64,000 bases of DNA from Candidatus Roizmanbacteria bacterium (GTDB taxonomy: Bacteria > Patescibacteriota > Microgenomatia > UBA1406): contig JANLHL010000038.1 in NCBI GenBank assembly GCA_024654535.1, positions 237,299 through 301,298 of the forward strand, read 5' to 3'. Under the pieces are notes generated by a model that saw nothing but the letters and a program-made list of their open reading frames with translations, was not told the origin of the DNA and did not search any database. The position numbers were made by a program, and so were the translations under genes. Each line of letters begins with the position of its first letter. The stretch's first letter is position 1. This document shows positions 57,189 through 64,000 of this stretch, piece by piece.

Positions 57189-58467
57189 AACAGTATTTAG
57201 TGACATCTGGCACAACTCGCTTCTTAAGAAGAAGGTTCTCTTTACTCTCGCCATCATAGTTCTGTTTCGCCTTTTTGCCTTTGTTACTATTCCGTCTATT
57301 GATTTAGCACGTTTAAGAGAAGTCTTTGCATCGAATCAGTTTTTAGTTTTGCTCGATATATTTAGCGGTGGAACTTTAGTGAACTTTTCTATACTTGCTA
57401 TAGGGCTAAATCCGTATATAAACGCATCGATAGCACTACAGTTACTGTCTGCCATATATCCTCCACTTGAAGCTTTGTCAAAAGAGGGTGATTACGGTAG
57501 GTTTAAGCTTAATCAATATACTCGTTTTCTAACGCTTCCGATCGCATTCTTGCAGGCAATTGGTATGTATTTCTTTTTGCGCAATCAGGGGATAGTGGGC
57601 GTACTTACCTTTGTGCAGTTGTTGCAGTTTGCCTTGTCACTGACCGCTGGAACGTTTATTTTAGTATGGCTCGGCGAACTTATATCTGAATATGGAGTGG
57701 GGAATGGCGTATCATTTATTATTTTAGCAGGTATTGTGGGTAGATTACCTATCATGCTTTTACAATCGAGTACTACACTGACTCAAGAAAGTATACTGCC
57801 AACATTGCTTGTTGTGGCTATTGGACTTTTGGTTATTTATCTCGTTGTTCTTCTTAATGAAGCGCAGCGAAAAATTCCTATTTTTTACGCAAAGAGAGTT
57901 AGGGGAGGAAAAATGTATGGAGGTGCGACAAACTATTTACCATTGAAACTCAGCCAAGCAGGAGTAATTCCTATAATCTTTGCTGTTTCATTCGTGCTAT
58001 TTCCACAAATGATAGGAAATTTTTTAGTGAGCGCACAAAACAGCACGTTACAGAAAATAGGAGAGTTTTTAACCAGTGTGTTTGCTGCTAATGGAGTTAT
58101 GTACAATAGTATTTATTTTTTGCTCGTTGTTGCATTTACCTTTTTTTATTCTTCTCTTATATTTAGTCCACAGAAAATATCTGAAGAAATTCAAAAATAT
58201 GGAGGTTTTATTCCAGGAATACGTCCAGGTAATGCGACACGTTCCTATTTACAAGCGCTGTTATATAAACTTACATCAGTTGGTGCATTATTTTTAGGAG
58301 CAATTGCGATTTTACCTAATATTCTTGCGTCTATTACGGGTGTCAGTTTATTTTTTATAGGGGGTACAAGCATTCTTATTATCGTTTCTGTCATATTGGA
58401 AACATACCGTATGATTCAGGCAACTATTATGACAGACCGTTATGATCAGTTGCATACGACACTGTGA
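57166..58467 (+). CDS. secY: preprotein translocase subunit SecY
   Basis: Ten TM helices and conserved loops (…RKIPIFYAKR…). Confidence 0.9.
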   Translation: MPAGSSLKTVFSDIWHNSLLKKKVLFTLAIIVLFRLFAFVTIPSIDLARLREVFASNQFLVLLDIFSGGTLVNFSILAIGLNPYINASIALQLLSAIYPPLEALSKEGDYGRFKLNQYTRFLTLPIAFLQAIGMYFFLRNQGIVGVLTFVQLLQFALSLTAGTFILVWLGELISEYGVGNGVSFIILAGIVGRLPIMLLQSSTTLTQESILPTLLVVAIGLLVIYLVVLLNEAQRKIPIFYAKRVRGGKMYGGATNYLPLKLSQAGVIPIIFAVSFVLFPQMIGNFLVSAQNSTLQKIGEFLTSVFAANGVMYNSIYFLLVVAFTFFYSSLIFSPQKISEEIQKYGGFIPGIRPGNATRSYLQALLYKLTSVGALFLGAIAILPNILASITGVSLFFIGGTSILIIVSVILETYRMIQATIMTDRYDQLHTTL

Positions 58468-59597
58468 ACATCATTCTTATTGGAATTCCAGGAGCTGGCA
58501 AGTCTACCCAAGGTAATTTATTGTCAAAACAACTCAAAATTCCCTATCTATCGACTGGTCATATATTTCGACAGATAGCATCAGAAAAAACAAAATGGGG
58601 GAGATTTGTGAAAGAAACTATGACGTCAGGTTTACTTATCCCCGATAAAGAAACTATAGAAATAGTAGCAGAATATCTCAGACGTCCAGAATATAAACGG
58701 GGATACCTTTTAGATGGATTTCCGAGAAATATTTATCAAGCGAAGAGATTCCGTGCAGAAATAACTGCAGCATTTTATTTAAAAGTGCCTGACAAAGAAG
58801 CGCTTTGGAGAATAGCTGGCAGAGCTGATGAAGGAAGAACTGACGATACGGTGAGTGCAGTAAAAAAGCGTATAGAAATTTTTCATGAGCATACAGAACC
58901 TATATTGGAAATGTATCGGGAAAAGAAACAGTTGATTGAGGTTGATGGAACACGTGATATTCGCAATATAAATGAATTTATTCTTAAGCGCCTTGGAAAA
59001 CGGATGGGTAAAAATGGGTTGAGTAATTGGAAAAGAAGTAGAAAGATTCTCCTTGCAATAGTTGGTTTATCGGGGGCTGGAAAAACAGAGGCAGCTGGCT
59101 TTTTTAGGGAAAAAAATTTACCGATTATTTCTTTCAGTAACATAATTAATGATTATATTGATCAGAATAAATTAAAACATACTGAAGCTGTACATAAAAA
59201 ATTACGAATAGAATTCAGAGAAAAATATGGAATGGAATCTATGGCAGTATTAAATAAGAGTAAAATTGAGGAAGAATTTAAGGATTCAAGTATAGTTGTT
59301 ATTGAAGGGTTATATTCATGGGAAGAATATCTTTATTTGCGTAAAGAGTTTCCACGTATTAAATTATTTTTAATCGCACTACATGCAGATAAGAGGGTAC
59401 GTTATAAACGTGTCAGTGTAAGAAAATATCGTAGAGGACTTTCAGGTCCTGATAGAGACTTGCATGAATTAAGTAACTTGCATAAAGGTGCTCCGATCGC
59501 ATTTGCAGATTTTAATGTATTTAACAATGGGACTATGAAATCCTTGTATGAGAATTTAGAAGAGGTATATAGACAAATTTTTTATGGAATCGGGTAA
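58464..59597 (+). CDS. adk: fusion protein: adenylate kinase (short-LID type) + C-terminal archaeal UPF0200-like P-loop nucleotide-kinase domain
   Basis: Adk part: IILIGIPGAGKSTQ, LLDGFPRN and GRADEGRTDD (short LID). After residue ~185 comes a second P-loop, LLAIVGLSGAGKTE, followed by …VIEGLYSWEEYLYLRKEFPR…RYKRVSVRKYRRG…DRDLHEL…IAFADFNVFNNG…LEE, which fits the UPF0200 / archaeal dephospho-CoA-/dNMP-kinase-like family pattern. The ORF is single and continuous. Confidence 0.6.
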   Translation: MNIILIGIPGAGKSTQGNLLSKQLKIPYLSTGHIFRQIASEKTKWGRFVKETMTSGLLIPDKETIEIVAEYLRRPEYKRGYLLDGFPRNIYQAKRFRAEITAAFYLKVPDKEALWRIAGRADEGRTDDTVSAVKKRIEIFHEHTEPILEMYREKKQLIEVDGTRDIRNINEFILKRLGKRMGKNGLSNWKRSRKILLAIVGLSGAGKTEAAGFFREKNLPIISFSNIINDYIDQNKLKHTEAVHKKLRIEFREKYGMESMAVLNKSKIEEEFKDSSIVVIEGLYSWEEYLYLRKEFPRIKLFLIALHADKRVRYKRVSVRKYRRGLSGPDRDLHELSNLHKGAPIAFADFNVFNNGTMKSLYENLEEVYRQIFYGIG

Positions 59598-60328
59598 TGG
59601 ATAAGAAAACTGCCATGATTGTGGGTGGAGAGAAGCTTAGAAAAGTGGTATCTGAGCTTATTCCCTATCTACAAGTCGGTACAAAGCTCATAGATATTGA
59701 AACGAATGCGACGCGTCTTATTCGGGAAAACGGTGGATCTCCAAGCTTTTCTACAGTGCCTGGGTATAAATGGTCTACGTGTTTGTCGGTAAATGAAGTT
59801 GTTGTCCATGGTGTACCAAATAGCTACCAGTTAAAAGAAGGTGATGTATTAAAATTGGACATTGGTATAGTATATGGTGGTTTTCATGTAGACTATAGTG
59901 ATACGCTACCAATAGGCGCAGTCGATAATCAGGTAGTTCGGTTTCTTAAGGTAGGAAGAAATACCTTAAGACATGCACTGACACTCGTCAAAAACAGGAT
60001 TCGGATAGGTGTTGTGAGTTCATATATTCAAAAAAATATAGAAAATGCAGGGTATGAGGTGATTCACGAATTAACAGGTCACGCAGTTGGAGAAGAGCTC
60101 CACATGGAACCATATATCCCAGGGGTTTTGGAAGGTTCGGTTGATAAGACCCCCTATTTTAGAGCAGGACGTGCGTATGCGATAGAGATAATATATTCTT
60201 TTAAGGATAATCACGTCGTACTTGCAAATAAAGACGGTTGGAGTTTGCGTACAAGATCATATAGTCAGAGTGCATGTTTTGAGAATACGGTCTATGTGGA
60301 TGAAGAAAATAGTATTCAATTAGTTTGA
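59597..60328 (+). CDS. map: methionine aminopeptidase, type I
   Basis: The pita-bread fold metal-ligand pattern (…DIGIVYGGFHVDYS…, …HGVGEELHMEP…). Confidence 0.85.
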   Translation: MDKKTAMIVGGEKLRKVVSELIPYLQVGTKLIDIETNATRLIRENGGSPSFSTVPGYKWSTCLSVNEVVVHGVPNSYQLKEGDVLKLDIGIVYGGFHVDYSDTLPIGAVDNQVVRFLKVGRNTLRHALTLVKNRIRIGVVSSYIQKNIENAGYEVIHELTGHAVGEELHMEPYIPGVLEGSVDKTPYFRAGRAYAIEIIYSFKDNHVVLANKDGWSLRTRSYSQSACFENTVYVDEENSIQLV

Positions 60329-60382
60329 ATGTATTTTCCCTTTGCAAGAAGGTAAAGAAATGCTATAATAGATTCCTTATAG

Positions 60383-60619
60383 ATGAGTACGACAGATGAA
60401 GCAATACGGGTCGAAGGTGAAGTAGTTGAGAGCCTTCCAAATACGCTTTTCCGTGTACGCCTAGATCAGGCAGCGGGACAGTTGGCGGGAAGGGTAGTTT
60501 TGTGTTATTTGAGTGGTAAGATGCGTAAGTATTACATCCGGATAATGCCCGGGGATAAGGTACGCATAGAAATAACACCGTACGACAAGGATAGAGGCAG
60601 AATAGTTTTTAGATTATAA
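60383..60619 (+). CDS. infA: translation initiation factor IF-1 (with a short internal insertion)
   Basis: [15 protein letters not shown]…[35 protein letters not shown]. Confidence 0.85.
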   Translation: MSTTDEAIRVEGEVVESLPNTLFRVRLDQAAGQLAGRVVLCYLSGKMRKYYIRIMPGDKVRIEITPYDKDRGRIVFRL

Positions 60620-60621
60620 CA

Positions 60622-60735
60622 ATGAAAGTCAGAGCATCAGTAAAAAAAAATTGCAGCAAATGCAAGATAGTTAAAAGAAACGGACGAATACAAGTTATTT
60701 GTGAGAATCCAAAGCACAAACAGAGACAAGGGTAA
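60622..60735 (+). CDS. rpmJ: 50S ribosomal protein L36 (37 aa), not in the supplied ORF track
   Basis: Manual translation gives [37 protein letters not shown], which matches L36 nearly residue-for-residue. The C-x2-C…C…H zinc ribbon is present. Confidence 0.85.
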   Translation: MKVRASVKKNCSKCKIVKRNGRIQVICENPKHKQRQG

Positions 60736-60736
60736 T

Positions 60737-61147
60737 ATGATACGTATTTCTGGCGTTAATATTCAAGATAATCTTCCTATTACATTTGCACTTACAAGAG
60801 TGCATGGAATAGGTATGGCAAGTGCAAAGAAGATTTTAAAAGGTGTCGGTTTTGATAAAGCAATACGTTCTCATGAACTGACCGATGAGCAGATTCGTAC
60901 GTTACAAGTATTTATTGATCAGAATTTTAAAGTCGAAGGAGTATTGAAATCAGAGGTTTCTGACAATATTAAGCGTCTGCGCGAGATACATACGTATCGT
61001 GGATGGCGTCATATTCGTGGACTTCCTGTCAGAGGACAGAGGACGAGATCAAATGCACGTACACGAAAAGGTAAGAAACGTACAGTTGGAGCTCTTTCGA
61101 AAGAGGCGTGGGCGAAAGTTGATCAAGTACAAAATTCTAGTAAATAA
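60737..61147 (+). CDS. rpsM: 30S ribosomal protein S13
   Basis: MIRISGVNIQDNLPITFALTRVHGIG. The ATG at 60737 is 1 nt after the rpmJ stop; the ORF-track 60701 start overlaps rpmJ. Confidence 0.9.
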   Translation: MIRISGVNIQDNLPITFALTRVHGIGMASAKKILKGVGFDKAIRSHELTDEQIRTLQVFIDQNFKVEGVLKSEVSDNIKRLREIHTYRGWRHIRGLPVRGQRTRSNARTRKGKKRTVGALSKEAWAKVDQVQNSSK

Positions 61148-61154
61148 GTAAAGT

Positions 61155-61547
61155 ATGGTAAAACAAAAAACAAAGCAAAAAGCGAAGCAAATACGTTATG
61201 CAGCAACTGGTAGAGTGTACGTTACTGCTACGTTTAACAACACAATAGTTACGGTCACCGATGAGACAGGTAAAGCACTTGTTTGGGGATCATGCGGTGC
61301 ATCTGGGTTTTCAGGTACAAGAAAATCTACCCCATTTGCAGCGACATCTGCAATAGAAAAAACACTTGATACAGCAATGCAAACATATGGTTTAAAAGTC
61401 GCAGCAATATATATACGCGGTATAGGTCCTGGAAGAGATTCGTTATTACGAGTATTGAGAAATAGCAACCTAGACGTCAGTAAAATAGTTGATAGGACGC
61501 CAGTTCCACACGATGGAATACGGCCTAGAAAGAAGAGGAGAGCATAA
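61155..61547 (+). CDS. rpsK: 30S ribosomal protein S11
   Basis: VYVTATFNNTIVTVTDETGKALVWGSCGASGFSGTRKSTPFAA. Confidence 0.9.
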   Translation: MVKQKTKQKAKQIRYAATGRVYVTATFNNTIVTVTDETGKALVWGSCGASGFSGTRKSTPFAATSAIEKTLDTAMQTYGLKVAAIYIRGIGPGRDSLLRVLRNSNLDVSKIVDRTPVPHDGIRPRKKRRA

Positions 61548-62173
61548 TGGGTAGAATTCTAATGAAGAAAAATAAACAAGCTCGTCGTGAAGGCGTCGAT
61601 CTTTCTTTGAAAACGCCAGGTACAAAGTCACATACTCGTTTGTTGGCGCGTTTGAATGTACCACCAGGTAATAAGAGCGTTCGTAAGATTCGTTCAAAAT
61701 TATCCGATTATGGCATTCAATTGCGCGAAAAACAGAAACTAAAAAGAATCTATGCTATTTCTGAAGCGATGATGAGTAAATATTTTCGTAAAGCAGTGGA
61801 GAAAAAAGGTAATACCATACTGCATTTAGTTCAGTCACTGGAGACACGTATAGATAATGTGTTGTATCGTGCAGGATTTGCCCCGACGCGCAATGCAGCA
61901 CGACAGTTGGTTGCTCATGGGCATGTGGCGGTGAATGGCAAAAAAATTGACGTTCCTTCTTATGTTGTTGATCTAAAGGATATTATTACTTTTAGAAAAA
62001 AGAAAACGAAAGAAATTCCCTATATTAAAGTCCTGCTTGAAGGTGAGGAAAAAAATACACCTTGGATTAAGTGGAAGAAAGATGGGGCAGAGATTATAGA
62101 TTTGCCTAATTTAGACGAATATAAAGAGCCAGTGGACATGTTATTAGTCATAGAATTTTATTCTAAATTATAA
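61547..62173 (+). CDS. rpsD: 30S ribosomal protein S4
   Basis: N-terminal region and S4 RNA-binding domain (…[38 protein letters not shown]…). Confidence 0.9.
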   Translation: [208 protein letters not shown]

Positions 62174-62188
62174 GTTTCATATTTTGCT

Positions 62189-63097
62189 ATGTTAAAACCA
62201 CAATTTTCAGTTGAAGTTGTAGAAGAAAGCGCACATAAAGGGGTCTATATAATTTCACCATTACCCCGTGGATTTGGTCATACTATGGGTAATAGTTTGA
62301 GAAGGGTACTCTTATCGTCTCTCGTTGGAGATGCCGTTACTCACGTCAAGATTAAAGGCGTATCGCATCCGTTTGGTATTATTAAGGGTGTAAAAGAGGA
62401 TGTTATAGAATTATTGCTCAATATTAAAATGCTTAGGTTCATATCTGATTCAGAAGAAGAGCATGTCATAAAGCTTTCTAAAAAAGGCGAAGGCAAAGTC
62501 TACGCATCTGACCTCCAAGATAGTCCATTGTGCAAAGTTTTAAATAAGGATTTAGTACTGTGTGAATTATCAAGTAAAGGTGTAATAGAAGCTGAGTTAT
62601 ACGTTTCAAAAGGAACTGGTTATGAACCTGCATCACGTAAAGAAGATAAAGGCTTTGAAATTTTACCTGTTGACTCTCTCTATTCACCAATAGTATCGGT
62701 AAATCTCTTAGTCGAAAGTACTCGTATTAATAGACTTACCAATTATGACAAGCTCACACTTAACATAGAAACAGATGGTAGTATGACAGGGAGGCAGGCA
62801 CTTGATAAAGCGTCTTCGCTCATGGTCGAGTATTTTACTCTCCTTGGCTCCGGTGGTTTAGAGAAGAAAAAAGAAGATTTGCAAGGCGGTCAGAGGGCAG
62901 CTGGTATGCAGAGCTCGGATGTTATGGTTGATGAGCTTGATTTGCCAACCCGTGTTATAAATGCACTGGTAAAAAATAATATCGAAACTGTTAAACAGCT
63001 CCGCGAATTATCAGATGAAGACTTCTCAAAAATTCGTGGTCTTGGTAAGAAATCTGTAGAGGAATTAAAAGCTAAACTTGAAAACTTGCATTCATGA
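62189..63097 (+). CDS. rpoA: DNA-directed RNA polymerase α subunit (short, 302 aa)
   Basis: N-terminal dimerisation domain (…PLPRGFGHTMGNSLRRVLLSSL…) and C-terminal αCTD HhH (…LDLPTRVINALVKNNIETVKQL…). Confidence 0.9.
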   Translation: MLKPQFSVEVVEESAHKGVYIISPLPRGFGHTMGNSLRRVLLSSLVGDAVTHVKIKGVSHPFGIIKGVKEDVIELLLNIKMLRFISDSEEEHVIKLSKKGEGKVYASDLQDSPLCKVLNKDLVLCELSSKGVIEAELYVSKGTGYEPASRKEDKGFEILPVDSLYSPIVSVNLLVESTRINRLTNYDKLTLNIETDGSMTGRQALDKASSLMVEYFTLLGSGGLEKKKEDLQGGQRAAGMQSSDVMVDELDLPTRVINALVKNNIETVKQLRELSDEDFSKIRGLGKKSVEELKAKLENLHS

Positions 63098-63546
63098 AAA
63101 AAAGGATTCTTAGGACCGAAAAGACAACGCGTGGAAAAGCAACTGTCCGTGAGTTATTAAAATCGCTTTTCAGATACGGAAAAACTGTTACTACGTTGGC
63201 TAAAGCAAAAGCGCTTAAGCGCAATGCAGATACGCTTGTGACAAAAGGAGTGAATGGATCACAAGTGATAGCTTTGCGAGCCCTTATGAAGAGTTTGGGC
63301 GATAGAACAGCAGCACGCGAAGTATTACGTTATATAGGGTACGCAATAAAAAAGCGTACGAGTGGATTTGCGAGTATAGAAAAAATTGGTTTTCGTAGGG
63401 GAGATGCGACACCGGTTGCAAGTGTCAGTCTTATGGATTTTGTGAAACCAGAAAAAAAGTTGAGCACACCTAAAGAAAAGGTAGTGGAAAAGAAAGCTTT
63501 GACAGCAAAAGAAGTTAAAAAAATTGAGCCAAAGGCTAAGAAATAA
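63094..63546 (+). CDS. rplQ: 50S ribosomal protein L17 with a Lys-rich C-terminal extension
   Basis: KTTRGKATVRELLKSLFRYGKTVTTLAKAKALKRNAD. Confidence 0.85.
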   Translation: MKKRILRTEKTTRGKATVRELLKSLFRYGKTVTTLAKAKALKRNADTLVTKGVNGSQVIALRALMKSLGDRTAAREVLRYIGYAIKKRTSGFASIEKIGFRRGDATPVASVSLMDFVKPEKKLSTPKEKVVEKKALTAKEVKKIEPKAKK

Positions 63547-63573
63547 AGATTTACAATACAACATATGTTACAT

Positions 63574-64000
63574 AGAACAACCTATACCAAGACACCGACT
63601 CAATCAGACGTTCGTGATACAGTCGTTATAGATGCAAATAAGCAGATATTGGGACGTTTGGCTGTAAAAATAGCACTTGCTCTGCAAGGAAAAAATAAAG
63701 TCAATTTTGTTCGCAACTTAGATATGGGTGATATCGTTATAGTTACGAACTCAAAAAAAATAGAAGTAACTGGAAAAAAAATGGATGATAAAGAATATTT
63801 ATATTACTCAGGCTATCCGGGTGGTTTACGACGCGAAAAACTGAAGGAGCGAATGGAAAAAGACTCGGGTGAAGTTATACGAGCAGCGGTTAAGGGCATG
63901 TTGCCTAAAAATAAACTTCGGGCACGTATGATATCTCGACTATTCATATTTCCAGATGACAATTATAAACCAACACTAGTTCAGATACAGAAAAAACATG
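63574..64000 (+). CDS. rplM: 50S ribosomal protein L13 (3' end beyond the window)
   Basis: Manual translation gives MLHRTTYTKTPTQSDVRDTVVIDANKQILGRLAVKIALALQGKNK…, and the ORF is open to the window end. Confidence 0.8.

Noticed and set aside
1362-58300. Numerous 60–140-aa ORFs antisense to or nested inside well-supported genes (e.g. 1362..1544, 3378..3605, 4093..4308, 5662..5961, 17755..18078, 19414..19644, 36298..36603, 45498..45929, 48059..48397, 50864..51097, 56753..57184, 58076..58297)
   Set aside because: All lie within confidently identified conserved genes on the other strand or in another frame. They lack start context and have low-complexity composition, so they are treated as frame-shadow ORFs.
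60383-60619. Apparent GC-richer composition of infA, as a possible foreign gene
   Set aside because: The elevated GC appears limited to a short, highly expressed, highly conserved gene embedded in the native operon order, so it is more likely a codon-usage effect than horizontal transfer.
60701-60736. ORF-track start of rpsM at 60701 ([12 protein letters not shown]…)
   Set aside because: It overlaps the newly identified rpmJ (L36) in another frame. S13 homology starts at MIRISGVNI (60737).
1-64000. CRISPR array, integrase/transposase, prophage or retron signatures
   Set aside because: No regularly spaced direct repeats with unique spacers were seen, and no recombinase-like or reverse-transcriptase-like ORFs. 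The only repeat structures are the heptamer microsatellite and the MITE-like intergenic elements described above.

Overview
This 64 kb window looks like a compact, low-GC (~40 %) bacterial chromosome segment, most consistent with a Candidate Phyla Radiation / Patescibacteria-type organism. Indicators are small K-rich proteins, archaeal-type UMP-kinase and UPF0200-like kinase domains, and no L30 gene between S5 and L15 (reduced ribosomal set), with TGA used as a normal stop. Gene content in order: a partial UvrD/PcrA helicase, tpiA, a three-to-four-gene island of compositionally atypical orphan ORFs, a cell-surface glycan locus (GT2, Wzy/WaaL-like, ArnT/PMT-like, three GT4), divergent cca and recJ, a promoter–leader–terminator element, a pyrH::methyltransferase fusion, recF, dnaG–rpoD, a small DNA-repair cluster (nth-like, alkD, ung), an ABC exporter, tRNA-Ser(CGA), tRNA-Glu(CTC), greA–lysS, an HD hydrolase, rdgB, dsbB/bdbC-like, serS flanked by repeat elements, secA, an unidentifiable 440-aa protein, a second envelope/glycan cluster (dsbA-like, membrane GT2, MraY/WecA-like, PEGA/SH3b), and a complete tuf–S10–spc–alpha ribosomal superoperon (rpsJ to rplM, including secY, an adk fusion, map, infA, and an rpmJ missed by the ORF track). 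Observations worth a second look are the orphan island at 1.9–4.5 kb, the two nucleotide-kinase fusions, the candidate riboswitch/attenuator upstream of the pyrH fusion, the TTGGATA×8 microsatellite inside a promoter, the MITE-like inverted/direct repeat family bracketing serS, the widespread leaderless (−10 box abutting ATG) gene starts, and a terminator-like structured spacer between rpsJ and rplC.
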